A DNA stretch of 64,000 nt, taken from a virus. This document shows, piece after piece, positions 47,333 to 58,690 of this stretch. Location: the IMG/VR virus record IMGVR_UViG_3300014158_000003, positions 53,320 through 117,319 of that record. The stretch is one strand, 5' to 3'. The position numbers and the translations under genes are program-made. Under the pieces are notes generated by a model, which saw only the letters and a program-made list of their open reading frames with translations, had not been told where the DNA came from and made no database searches. The number at the start of each line of letters is the position of its first letter. Position 1 is the first letter of the stretch.

Positions 47333-48743
47333 CAGCCGTACCTGACCTCTCCGAGCAGCGCGAGCTGCAGCACCAGATCCTCGCGCGGCGCGTCGACCTG
47401 CGCGTACCAGCCGACCCCCCAACGCTTGACGCCCTCCTCCCAAGCGCGCACGGCGGCCGCTCGGTCGAGCCGGTACCAGCCATCGGGGAGCGCGGCGCCC
47501 GCGTGCCACGCGTTACGAGCCACCATTCGATTGGGCTCGAATCCCCACTCGTGCCTCTCGTCGTCCTCCCACACAAGCCACCCGAGCTCCGGGTCGCGCT
47601 CGACGCCGCGCAGCCAGTAGCCGGCGTACTGCTGGCCGAAGATGTCTACGTTCTGCGTCAGGTACTCGACCCAGAACGGGTCGATCTCGACGGTGATCGA
47701 GAACGTGTGAACGGTCGGCTCCGGCCGGCTCTTCTTCGCGGTGTTCATCGTCTCCCCTCAATTCCTGCCTTCTCGACAAGCCACTTCGCGTGCACGCGCG
47801 GGAAGTCCCTCGCGATGCGCGCCACGAACTCCCTCGTGCGCGATCGTCTTCTCCTCGTCGTCGTACCGGACCACAAGCTTGCAGTACGGGCACAGTCCAT
47901 CTCTGATGGTCATTCTTCTATCGCTTTCACGGAGTACCGCTTGCCGCGCAGCGCGGCTCGCTCCACGCGCTGCAGGAGGCGGGTGAGGTCGACGCAGAAT
48001 CGGGTGTCCGCGAACACGCCCATGCCGCCCTGATGTTCGGGGTTCGCCCGGTCCTTGAGCCACTCAACCGCGACGGTGTGGAGTCGGCCGGCGTGGGTCT
48101 TGGACTTCTTCGCGGTGCTCATTGCCAGCCCCTCTTCGACCGATGGTGCTTCTCAGACCACGCCGCCATGGCCGCGCGATGTTCCGCCTCCCAGATCTCG
48201 ATCCGATTCGCTTGCGCCTGTAGCTCCGAAGCTTCCTCTCGGAGTTGCTCTGGGTTCCCTTCTGGGCGCCCGCCGAACTCGAACATGAACCACTCCTCGA
48301 AGTGGTCTCGCTCATTCTTCTCTGCGGTGTTCATTCCTCTACCCCCTGCGCTTCGATCGCTCGCTGCGTCTCCGCCCCGTCGCTACGGTGCCTGTTGCAG
48401 GCCGCGTACGCCTCCCGGGCTCGGTCGACCATCCGATCGAGTACCGCCTCGACGGACCCGGTCCGGTGCACCCGCGTCGCCTTGAAGATCGGGATCACCC
48501 TGGCCGGCCACTGGTGGCACGCGTCGGCGAACAGCGCGACCACCCGGATCGCGTCCTCGCCGCACCCGCGTGCCTCGCCAGCACCCCGCTGGATCGACGA
48601 GTACACCTTGACGGTGTACCGGGCATCCCGGTCGTGCGCGCGCTCGTAGACCTCCTCGCCTCGCGCCTCGGCCGCGAGGTGGAAGCCCGCCGCCGTCAAC
48701 CGTTGTCGGAGGACGTCGGCGGGCACCTCGACGAACCCGCGGC

Positions 48744-50306
48744 TCACGACTCCCCCGAATCTTCTCGGCGCTTCTTCTCGAAGCCTTCAACCAGGAAGAG
48801 CGTGTGCTTCGCGCGCGTCTGGGCGACGTAGAGGAGCGCCGACTCCTCCGCGGAGGTACCTGGCCGGTAGGTCCCGGTGAGCAGCCACACCCGCTCGCGC
48901 TCGAGACCCTTGGCCTTGTGCGTCGTCGAGAGCGTGACGCACGCGCCCTCGCTCTTGTCGGCGAACAGTTCGTTGATGTGGTCGATCACGCCCGCGACAC
49001 TGTCCGCTCCGTCGGAGAGCGCCATCAGGCAGGCCGCGCGGTCCTCGACCTCCTGCGCGTCGCGCTTCTTCGCGGCGAGCCGCGCGCACTCCCTCTTCGA
49101 CCAGTCCTCGACGTAGGTGCGCAGCGCCTCGACGGTCTTCGCCCGGCTCTTCTTGACGAACGCGGCGAGGTTCGCGCCCACGTCGCGCCCCTGGATGTTG
49201 GCGCGCCGGCCGTCCCGCAGGAACTTCATGCAGAGGCCGATGAGCGGGGCGTTCGTGCGGCTCAGGACGAAGTCGCCGGATCGCACCCCGCTCTCCATCT
49301 GCTCGCGCGAGACACCGAGCACCTCGCCCTCGACGGCGTCCGGCGCCGCCTCGATGGTGGGTACGATCACCTGCGCGCGCTTGACGACCGCCTTCGAGCA
49401 CCGGTAGCAGATGGACAGCGGCAGCTCGACGGCGTCGAGTCGCTCGCGGACGTTGTCAAACGCGCGCGCGTCAGCTCCTCGAAATTCGTAGATATTTTGT
49501 TTCGTGTCACCCACGGCGAGGATGCGCCCACCCTCGCGGCACGCGCGCAGCGTCATCTCGATCTGCGCGGCATTCAGATCTTGGGTCTCGTCGACGAACA
49601 CCCGGTCGAACTTGCGCTGCGGGAGCTTCCTCACGACCGGCAGCCAGATCATGTCGTCGAAATCGATCCGACCGTCTTCGGTGCTCCAGCACCGGCGCAA
49701 GAGCCCAAGCACCTCCTCCACGAACTTCGCGCGATCCGCGTCGGCCGCCTCCTCGTCGTACTCCTCGTCGTCGTCGTCGCCTAGCGTCGGCAACTCGATG
49801 TTGAACCGGTACATGACGTCGTCGATCGCTTTCGGGGTCAGCGCGAGAGCGCTCTTCGCGAGCGAGACCGTCTTGACGAGCAGGCCGCATCGGTCGTCGA
49901 TGGCGTCCAGGCGCTCGTGCGCGCGCTGCACGTCGTCCGCGCTCTCTTCGCTCGCGATGGTGAACCTCAGCGCCTCGACCTCCGAGCGGTACGACTGCTC
50001 GGCGCAGTCGGCGACCCGGTACTTGTCGATCGTGAGCCGACCGAGCGTCCGCGTGATGCACTTGAGGCCGTAGGAGTGCAGCGTCGAGACCTCCACCGGC
50101 TTGCCCGCCATGCGCTTCGCGAGCGCGTCGGCGATCGGCTTGTTGAAGGCGACGAAGATGGTCGAGCAGCCGGCGGGGATGTAGTCGACGGCGTTCTCGA
50201 TCGTCGTACTTTTTCCCGATCCGGCGACCGCGTTGACGATCGTGTGGCCGGTCCCGTTGGCGACGTTGTCGAAGACGGCGAGTTGGTACTTGCTCCAGGT
50301 GCGCAT
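48744..50306 (-). CDS. UvrD/Rep-like SF1 helicase
   Basis: AVAGSGKS, VAFN, STLHS, VDETQD, VGDTKQNIYEFRGA, YRC, STTHKAKGLE, LYVAQTRAK. Confidence 0.93.
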   Translation of the reverse strand: MRTWSKYQLAVFDNVANGTGHTIVNAVAGSGKSTTIENAVDYIPAGCSTIFVAFNKPIADALAKRMAGKPVEVSTLHSYGLKCITRTLGRLTIDKYRVADCAEQSYRSEVEALRFTIASEESADDVQRAHERLDAIDDRCGLLVKTVSLAKSALALTPKAIDDVMYRFNIELPTLGDDDDEEYDEEAADADRAKFVEEVLGLLRRCWSTEDGRIDFDDMIWLPVVRKLPQRKFDRVFVDETQDLNAAQIEMTLRACREGGRILAVGDTKQNIYEFRGADARAFDNVRERLDAVELPLSICYRCSKAVVKRAQVIVPTIEAAPDAVEGEVLGVSREQMESGVRSGDFVLSRTNAPLIGLCMKFLRDGRRANIQGRDVGANLAAFVKKSRAKTVEALRTYVEDWSKRECARLAAKKRDAQEVEDRAACLMALSDGADSVAGVIDHINELFADKSEGACVTLSTTHKAKGLERERVWLLTGTYRPGTSAEESALLYVAQTRAKHTLFLVEGFEKKRREDSGES

Positions 50307-50348
50307 GGTGGTGGGGATCTCCTTTTCCCGAGTGATAGATGTAGCCTA

Positions 50349-50418
50349 ACTCATATGAGTCATACGTGCCACTAAAAAACACACGTTAGATTGACATTCG
50401 CCATCGGCTTGCTAGGTT
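50349..50418. promoter_or_regulatory. Divergent promoter region with palindrome
   Basis: AT-rich strand-switch gap with perfect palindrome ACTCATATGAGT (50349-50360) and TTGACA (50391)..TAGGTT. Confidence 0.5.
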
Positions 50419-50448
50419 GTGTCTTGCCCGGACCGGAAAGACCCTCAA

Positions 50449-50802
50449 ATGACCCCGAAAACCGCTACCGCCAAGCTGTACGTCGCCGCCCTCTCCCTCC
50501 TCACCGCCGCCCTCGAGCTCGGCGCGGCTCTCGTGCGGCTCGCCTCCGCCATGGCCCTGCGGGCCGCCGCCGCTGCACGGCCGCGCGCGACCCCCGCCGC
50601 CAGACTCCCGGCCCGCCCGAACCTGCGGGTCGTCCCGCCACCCAGCGACGACCTGGAACGCGGGCGCCTGGTCACCGCGCTCGCGGGCATGGGCTGGCCA
50701 CTGCCGAGAGTCCGCGCGTTCGTCGACGGCCTCGGGGACCGCGTCGGCCGCGAGCCGCTCGCGGCGCTCATCAAGGAGGGGCTCTCCGAGCTGGCAGCCT
50801 AA
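50449..50802 (+). CDS. Small protein with RuvA C-terminal-like helical domain
   Basis: LVTALAGMGW..V..LAALIKEGLSEL. Confidence 0.5.
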   Translation: MTPKTATAKLYVAALSLLTAALELGAALVRLASAMALRAAAAARPRATPAARLPARPNLRVVPPPSDDLERGRLVTALAGMGWPLPRVRAFVDGLGDRVGREPLAALIKEGLSELAA

Positions 50803-51141
50803 GAATTTTATGACCTTCCCGACCCGCACGGACCTCGAGTTTTTCCAGTCGAAGCAGACCACCCCGCGGTGGGTCGCCCGGATCGCGACCAAGTCACCGC
50901 TGCTCAACCCGGTCCAGCACGCACTCATCGACGACGTCATCAACGCGCACGCCGGCATTCGCTCAACGTCCGGCGAGTGCGCCGCACACAATTTGCTCGT
51001 ACTCGTCCGGTCGCACCTGCGCCGTAAGGTGAATCTCGTCGAGGAACTCCAGAAGCTCGCTGTACAGCCTGGATGCGCCATCAACCCCGAGAAACGCGCC
51101 GCGTTTGCCCGCAAGTGGGCGCAACGTCTGGAGCAGACGCC

Positions 51142-51513
51142 GTGACCCGTCCAGTCGCCAAGAAGTCGACTGGTCGCGTGTGCGTCTCCGGTTCTCGCAG
51201 CTACGAGCACCTCGACAACGTCGACCGCCTGATCGCATCACTGCCGCGCGACCTCACGATCGTGCACGGCGGCGCCGCGGGGGTCGACGCGCGCGCGGAC
51301 GCGGTCGCGCGCGATCTGGGTTTCAAGGTCGAGGTCTGCCCGGCCGACTGGCCGCGCTACGGCCGACGCGCTGGACCCTTGCGCAACCGCGAGATGGTCG
51401 CCTCGTCGGACTTCCTCTACGCGTTCTGGGACGGCCGGTCGCGGGGCACAGCGAGCGCGATCCAGGCGGCCGTCGACGAGGACGTGCCGTTCGAGGTCGT
51501 CGAGGACCGGTGA
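51142..51513 (+). CDS. SLOG family (YspA/DUF2493-like) protein
   Basis: VCVSGSR..IVHGGAAGVD..ADW..YGRRAGPLRNREMV..AFWDGRSRGT. Confidence 0.9.
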   Translation: MTRPVAKKSTGRVCVSGSRSYEHLDNVDRLIASLPRDLTIVHGGAAGVDARADAVARDLGFKVEVCPADWPRYGRRAGPLRNREMVASSDFLYAFWDGRSRGTASAIQAAVDEDVPFEVVEDR

Positions 51514-53777
51514 CGTCCAACGCGAGCGAGATCGCGCGGAGGTGTCGGTAAATCATGACCGTCCACCGCGTTCATCCCGATGAGGAATGTGTCGAATGCG
51601 AAGGATCCGGTCACCTCGACGGGTGCGATGCCCTAGAGCCAGCCTGGGACCTCGGAGACCTCATCTGCCGCAGCCCCTGCACTGGCTGCTGCCCCAACAA
51701 GTGCCGACCGAGCGGACTGCAAGCGGAGAAAGACGCTGCTGCGGTCAAGGTACGGCGCGTTCTCAGAGACCCGCGATGACCCGCCGCGCCATCTCCCCGC
51801 CGCCCGGCTCGGTCCAGGTCCCGCGCGTCGCGTCGCTCAAGGCGCCCGCCGACTTGACGCCGACGGTGGCGCCGGCCGGCAAGCGCCACCCGGTCGCCGA
51901 CGCGGGCGCCAGGCGCCAGGAACTCGAGGTGGCCCGGCGCGCGCTCGTCGACCACGCCGCCGCCCTGCGGGGCGCACTCGCGGCCATGGACTGCGACCCA
52001 CTCGAGCTGACCAGCGTGCTGGCCGCGATCGACCACATCCTTGACGAGGAGGTACAGCGATGAGCGAGTACGGTCGTCTCTGGCAGCAGGTGAGCGATAT
52101 CCGAGACAAGCTTCACAGGCTCGTGCCTGGCACGAGCAAGTCCGAGGAGTGGAACAGGCTGCCCAACGCCGTCGCGGCGGTCGCCGAGCACACCCGCGCG
52201 CTGCACGAGCTGCTCCGGCAGTGGGCGGAGCTGGAAGCGAAGATGAACCTGATCAAGGAGTAAGACCCATGGAAACGCAAACCAACGCTGTCGGCGACAT
52301 CGCCTTCACTGTCCCCGTCCCGATCGAGGAGAGCGACGCGGCACGCGCGGATCCGGCTGCTGACGGGTCCATCTGGATCGGCAGCGTCACCCACCGCGAG
52401 GTCCTGCGACTCTGCCCGAATGGCGACATCTTCGTGCGCGGCGCGCTCGTCGAGAACGACCGGCAGGTGGTCGACGGACTGCGGGAGTTCCTGCGCTGCG
52501 CGCACGGCACGCCGCGTACCGCCGTGAACCTCTACCGGGTCGTCACCCGGTTCCCCTGGGGCCGCAGCGACGGCATCGTCGAGGCCGAGTCGATCGAACG
52601 AGCGTCGCGGCTCGTCGACCCCGACGGCCGCGCGCGCAGCGTCGACGTCGTGCTCGTCGAGATCAAAGGCGAGTCCGGCATCCGATGGATCGAAGAAGAC
52701 TCCCCAGACTCCAACGAGGAACGATGACCATCGAGCAGAAACTCCCGCAGTCACTAGCGAGCGACGAGGCGTGGCTCCGGAGCCGCGGGTGGGGTTGCTT
52801 CATGGGTACCTGGGTTCCGCCAGGCGCTTCCACCAGTGGAATGGGACAGGTGACGCACTCGCTCGAGGAGGCCCTCGCTCGCGCGCGGGCCGAGGCGGAG
52901 CAGGATCGCGAGCGCGCCAGCGTCAACACTCACGAGGAAGCCGCCCGCCGCGTCGTCCGGGAGGCCCTCTGGAGTTGCGACGAGACCCGGCCGCGCCGGT
53001 GCGCGGACCTGGCGGTCGACGCGCTCATCATGGCAGGACTCCTGGTGCCCCAGCAACCGGAGACGATCAAGTGAGAGGTGTGGACGCGACAGAGAGGAGA
53101 CTTATCCTCGACCGGACGCCGCGGGCCGCGACGCCCGAGGAGTGGGCGAAGGCGCAGGGGCTCGTCGCGCGCGGGCTCGGCGCCATCGTGTCCGAGCCGG
53201 GAGAGAGCTGGGGGACGTTCGTGCCCACACCGATCGGGCTGGTCGTGGCCTCGGTCTCGGGGGAACCTCGATGACTGCTCCGGTCCCCCACTGCCAGAGC
53301 GCCCTCGGCTGGCTCGAGGCCCGCGGCTGGGACCTCGGGCCGCTCACCCACCGGGACGTCGACGCGCTCGCCGCCATCGCGCACTGCTGGCAGCTGCTCT
53401 GGCCGTTCGGCGTCGCAGACCCGCGCCCCGCCGTCGACGCCGTGGATCCCGATCGAGATTCTGTCGCCGCGACCGCGCAAGTTGCCCGACCCGCCGCCGA
53501 AGATCGGCCCCACCAACCGCCACGAGCGGCGGGCGGCCAAGGCGCGGGACCGATGAACCACAAGCGCGGACGACCCAAGAACGCACGTGCCGGTTGCCTG
53601 TTCTGCAAGCCGCACAAGGCGAACGGCGCGAAGGGTCGAGACCCGTCGTCCGCCGTCCGCCGCACGCAGCGCGGTCGCGACGAGCGCGTGGTGCTCGAGG
53701 AGAGCATGGCGGACATCCGGCGCGAGGTGGACGCACTCTTCGGGACTTGAGCCGGGCGCTGGCAGTAGTAGCAGCCG

Positions 53778-53945
53778 TCATGCGCCAGCCGCCTGGGCGC
53801 CGAGCGCCTTCAGCCTCGCGAACGTCGCCACGGGGAGACCCGCCTGGCGGGCCAGCGACTCGAGCTGCCTCTTCTCGGCTGGCGTCAGGTAGAGGACGAC
53901 CGCCGCGGACCGCTTGCTCGCGGCGGCCTTGCGCGGGCGCGCCAT
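53778..53945 (-). CDS. Small RHH protein
   Basis: VVLYLTPAEKRQLESLARQAGLPVATFAR. Confidence 0.65.
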   Translation of the reverse strand: MARPRKAAASKRSAAVVLYLTPAEKRQLESLARQAGLPVATFARLKALGAQAAGA

Positions 53946-54439
53946 CAGCCTGGCCCCGCAGGTCGACGGGTGCGCCTGCTCTTCCAGTCCTCGAACGTCC
54001 TGGCGCCACGCGGCGTCGCCCATGCCGATATCCGGATGCCCGTCTCCCGGAGCGACGCCGCGTACGGGTTTGGACCCCACTGGTAGCCGTCGAGCGCCGT
54101 CAACGTCGATTCGAGGACCCTACCGCCCTTGCGGGCGTGCTCCTCGTACGCTCGGCGCTCGGCGCGAGTCGCCTTGCGGGCGCTGATGATGCGGATGACG
54201 TCGCCGTCGACCTCCAGGTAAACGGTCAGTAGGAGCCGCTGCTGGTCCGAGTGAGCGATGAGCTTCTCGCGCGACGGGTCCTCCGAGTCGACGCCGTCGA
54301 GACCGTGCGGGTCGAGGAACGACGTCGCGCCTTCCGTGAAGGTGACGCCGTGCTTCTTGAAGTTCTCGTCCGCCTTGTCGGGGTCCCACGCGAAGGACCA
54401 CCCAGAGCGCTGGAACCTGGGTCGGTTGCGATCGGGCAC
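53945..54439 (-). CDS. BrnT-family RNase toxin with C-terminal extension
   Basis: FAWDPDKA..N.KKHGVTF..LLLTVY..IRIISARKATRAERRAYE. Confidence 0.85.
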   Translation of the reverse strand: MPDRNRPRFQRSGWSFAWDPDKADENFKKHGVTFTEGATSFLDPHGLDGVDSEDPSREKLIAHSDQQRLLLTVYLEVDGDVIRIISARKATRAERRAYEEHARKGGRVLESTLTALDGYQWGPNPYAASLRETGIRISAWATPRGARTFEDWKSRRTRRPAGPG

Positions 54440-56715
54440 ACACAGAGGGTAGCCCGCGACGACGGTGTACGCAAACGTTTATTATGTGTTAGAAACGCAT
54501 TCCACCCCGAGCGCCTCGCGCAACGCCGCCCACGCGGCCTCGCAGCGCCGGTCGACCGCCGACGCGGTGGCGCCGTCGCCGTCAGCCACCTCCGCCACCG
54601 CGTCCTCCGCCGCCACGACGTCGCGCGCCAGGCGCTCGACGACGACCTGCCGCGCGCCCGCCCGAGCTCCCGCCGCGAGCCGCCGGGTCAGCGCCGCCGA
54701 GGCGCCGTCGTAGTCGCGCGCTTTCAGGTACCCGACCATCTCCCGGAGCACGACCACGATCCCCTCGGCGCCGGTGTCCGAGCCGCAGATCCCCGCGAAC
54801 CCGTCGAGGCGGTTGACGATCTCGGTCAGGAAGACGACCCCGTGGTCGATCGCCTCGAGCCGCCGGTCGCGCTTGGAGAGACCGATGAGCCGCGCGGTCG
54901 CCGAGGTCAGCCCCGCGGCGACGTCGCTCTCGTCGAGGCTCGCCCTCCGGCCGAGAGCGTAGCCGGCGGCGAACTCGTCGCGCAGGGCGTCGGCGACCAG
55001 GCGCAGCTGCGACGGGGACCCGTCTCGGTAGTCTGAGATCGCGCCCACTAGCTCGGCGACGCGGGAGTCTCGATCCACGGCCGTCACCGTTTGCTCCCGT
55101 ACTTGCGCTTGCGCCCGCCGGAGCGCTCGGCCGGGGCGCGCGGCGCGAACTTGTCGGCCAGCCGGCCGAAGGCTCCGGCGACCCGGTCGAAGCTGTCCAC
55201 GATCTTCTCGGCCCGGCTCGCGACCTCCTCGGCGAAGATGGGGTTGGTCATGGCGATGATCTTGTCGACGACGTCGGCTGCGACGTCGACGCGCTTCTTG
55301 GTCGCCAGGAGCTTGAACTCCTCGATGAGTCGGAGCGCCCCGAACGCGGCGTTCTCGGCCTCTTTCGGCGGAGTGCGCGCGTCGAGCGCGAGCTTCATGA
55401 GATCCAGCACCTTCTTGGTCACGTCCACGGTCTCACCTCTTCTCTGGTTGTACGACCCAGCACCCGCCCGTGCACGGCTCGCCGCACCGGGCGCAGGTCG
55501 GCACCGGCGCGAGCTCGGAGCGCGTCTCGCCGATCATTGACGACTGGCACGCGAAACAGACGTGAGCCGGCGGCGCGTATCCGGCCGCACGCAGCGCCGT
55601 CTCGAGGTCGCCCGAGAACTCCGGGTCGACCGCGCGGCGCGTCTGCGCGTACTGCCATAGCAGCGGTTGCGCCATGGGGTCGGTCAGCTTGAGCGGGACG
55701 AAGCCTGGCTCGCACCACTCGTACTTGTCGCTCTTGAATTGTCCGTCGACGATGTGACTCATCTTCATCCTCTTCGTGACTCGACCGATCGCCAACCGCA
55801 CCCGCTCCAGCCACTCGATGACCGAGGCCACCGCCACGGTGGCCCGCTCGAACCGTGCCTCAGTCCTCGGACTCACGCTCGCGCCCGCGCTTCGGCCGCT
55901 TGGACCGCCGGCCGCCGCGCTGCCCACTCTCTGGGAACTTCTGCTCGACCGTCTCGAGCATGACGTCGGCCACGGCCTCCGCGACGTCCGCGACGTCGTT
56001 GGCGAGCTCCTCCTCGTCGCCGTCGAAGTCGGCCGGCACCTCGTAGCCGGCGATGGCCGCGCACGCGAACTTGACCCAGAGATCCTTCGCCTCTTTCTCG
56101 TTCATGTCGTCTCGTCTCCTTTTTTGAACCTCGCACTCGCGTACCTCGCCCGGTGCTCCGGCGTCAGCGCGTAGTCGGTCGCGGCGTCTCCGCCTGCGCT
56201 GAACACGACGGCCCACTGCTCGCCGCACGGCAGAAGCATGTCGGGCGCGAGCACGACGCCCTCGAGCATGGGCACCTTCTTGGCCGGCGTGTCGAGCGTC
56301 GCCGGATGACTCCCATAGCCGACGTCGTCGCGCAGCTCGCACTTCGCGAGCTCGGGCCGCAGGCGCACCCACGCCTCGTAGCCGAGCTCGACGTGGTGGA
56401 CGCGCGCACCCATCGCCTTCAGGGCGACGAGCACGGTCCGGATCGTCTCGAGGGTTACCGGCTTGAGGAGGCGCCCCGGCATGCATCCAACCGTGTCGCT
56501 GTCCATCACCGCGCCTTGATCGTCCCGTCACTCTTCAAGCGCCCGTTCTCGTGGCTGCGCTTGTTGTGCCCGCGCCGACCGCACCCGGGGAAGCTGCACT
56601 TGCGCGGCTTACCGACGACCGAGTCACCGCGCTTGCCCGTGTGGGCTGCCGTCTTGACCGCCTTCGTCTTCGCCTTGGACTTCGTCTTCTTTACCATGGA
56701 TCGTCTCCTTGTCTT

Positions 56716-57214
56716 TCAATCGAACAACTTCTCGCTGGCTACCACGAACCCCCTGCGCGGGGACGTCACGAGCTGGGCGGCCTGCAGCTCCTTCAGGAGC
56801 CTGTCTCGCGTCGACCGGGCGTAGTCGGTCGTGCCGCCCGCCTCCTCGCGCGCGATGGCGCCTGGGTACGCGGCGGCGACCGCCCGGAGCATCGCGGCCT
56901 GCCCCTCGGGCAGCCGCTCCAGCCACCACTGCCCCGCTGGTCTCCTCGAGCGGCACGTCGGCGTGCTCGCCGCCCAGGATAGTAACCGGCAGGCCCGGCC
57001 CCTTGCCGCTCCGCGAATGACGCAGTCCCCATGTGACGCCCACGGGGTCCACGTACACAACTGGCAGCCCGCGCTCGATGAGCTGCTCGGCGAGCACGCT
57101 GGCGGTGTTGGTCTTTCCGCTCCCGCGCTTGCCGAGCACCGCGAACGTCTGCGTGACCGCGTCGGGCAGGAGTTCGACGTCTTTCGATAGGCGGATGGGC
57201 TGAATTTTACTCAT
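56716..57214 (-). pseudogene. HerA/DUF87-like ATPase with large internal deletion
   Basis: Walker A GKRGSGKT, VDPVG..WGLR, GGEHADVPL. It then jumps, with a frameshift, to a winged-helix-like C-terminus. No Walker B. Confidence 0.65.
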
Positions 57215-57401
57215 TTGGCCGACGTGCCCTCGGCGAGTTTCGCCATCACGTCTTCGTAGGCTTCGTCAAACGCGTAGCCGAGGTGGAAACCGTCGCCGTG
57301 ACCATCGAAACCATTGAGTTCCACCTCGACGTTCCAATACGCGGAACCGCCGCTGCGGCCCTTCTCGACTCGCGTAACGAGTGTGAATTTCGTCGTGTCG
57401 C

Positions 57402-57896
57402 TCATCGCGCCGCCTCCGCTCTCCACATCGGGCACTCGTACGCGTGGCGGTCGCCTCCGACTATCGAATGCTTGCATCGACAGGTAGCCCACTCACCGCC
57501 GAGTTGCCGCTCCTCGACGACGTGCCCCCTCGGGTGGATCAGGCCCTCCCGCGCCGCCAGCCGCGTCGCCTCCTCGACGCTCTCCACGAGGGACTCCGCG
57601 TCCGCCTGCCCCGCCAGCATCCCGCTGCTCCAGCCGAGGTCCGTGTAGATGGCCGTCGCATCCATCACCCGGCGCATCACGAACCCGGCCTCGATCCCCG
57701 TCGCCCGCTCCTCGGGGACGTCGTCGCGCAGGACGCCGGGCTGCGTCAAGAGGCCGTGACTCGCGTAGGGCGTCTCGCCGCGCAGGATGCAGTCGCGCAG
57801 GCACGCCCGCAGGTAGCGGACGTTGCGCTCGATCACATCGCGGATCGGTCGGACCGTGCCGCTCGAGTACGGGCTCTCGATCAGGACTCGCCTCAC
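57402..57896 (-). CDS. Nucleoside deoxyribosyltransferase-like (DUF4406-related) phage protein
   Basis: VLIESPY..RNVRY..C..RGETPYASH..L.D..PEER..G..YTDLGWSSGM. Confidence 0.75.
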   Translation of the reverse strand: MRRVLIESPYSSGTVRPIRDVIERNVRYLRACLRDCILRGETPYASHGLLTQPGVLRDDVPEERATGIEAGFVMRRVMDATAIYTDLGWSSGMLAGQADAESLVESVEEATRLAAREGLIHPRGHVVEERQLGGEWATCRCKHSIVGGDRHAYECPMWRAEAAR

Positions 57897-58195
57897 GCCC
57901 CACCTCCTTCTCCGGCTCGACTGGGGAAGCATCGAGGACAGCGATCCTGACCCACGTAGTGCTCTTCCGACGCGACCCACCCGACGCCCCTCGGCCAATC
58001 TCGCGGAGGCCAAGTCAGGCCGCAGCGCGTGAAGCGGACGCCGTGAGCGAGGATGCCAGCACGCGCCGCTTCGACGACCTGGGTACTGTCGGCCACGTGG
58101 CACACCTCGGGGCCCCTCTTGAGCGGGCAGCCCGCAACGACGCAGTGATCGGGTGAGCACCGCTCGTTCCGGTCGTCGATGCAGGCGTGTCTCAT

Positions 58196-58690
58196 TCAGC
58201 AGTCCCCGACTTCTTCACCCGCCACTCGCCCGCCCGGATCCTCACCGGCACCGCCGTCGCCGACCCGTCCCAGTCCGCGTCGTTCCAGGTCCGCTCGATC
58301 CAGTCCGCGATGGCGGCCGCCACCTGGTCCTCGACGCGCCTGTGGCCTGCCGTCGACTCGACCGCCGCCGCCGGCTTGCCCTCCTTGCCGCCGACGATCG
58401 CGCGCGCCCTCGCGGCGTTCTTCGATCGCTTGCCGGGCGTGCGCGGGGCATGTTCGAGCAGCTCCGCGAGCTTCTGCCTCGCGACGGCCGGCTCCTCGCG
58501 GGCGAGCTTGTAGCCGGCCGTCGGGCGCGTACATCATGTTGAGCACGAGCGACTCCCTGTAGGTGTTGTGCACCCGCTCGTCGTAGAGCGCGGAGCCCTC
58601 GTCGGTGACCAGGACGACGTCGTCCGGGTCGAAGAGGTAGACGTCGACCTTGCCCTTCGCTTTGAGCGCGTCTCGTGAGGCTTTCGGCAT
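58196..58690 (-). pseudogene. ParB-like protein with internal deletion and frameshift
   Basis: FDPDDVVLVTD..LYDERV..LVLNMM N-terminus, then PTAGYKLAREE.. in another frame. The core domain is missing. Confidence 0.5.
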
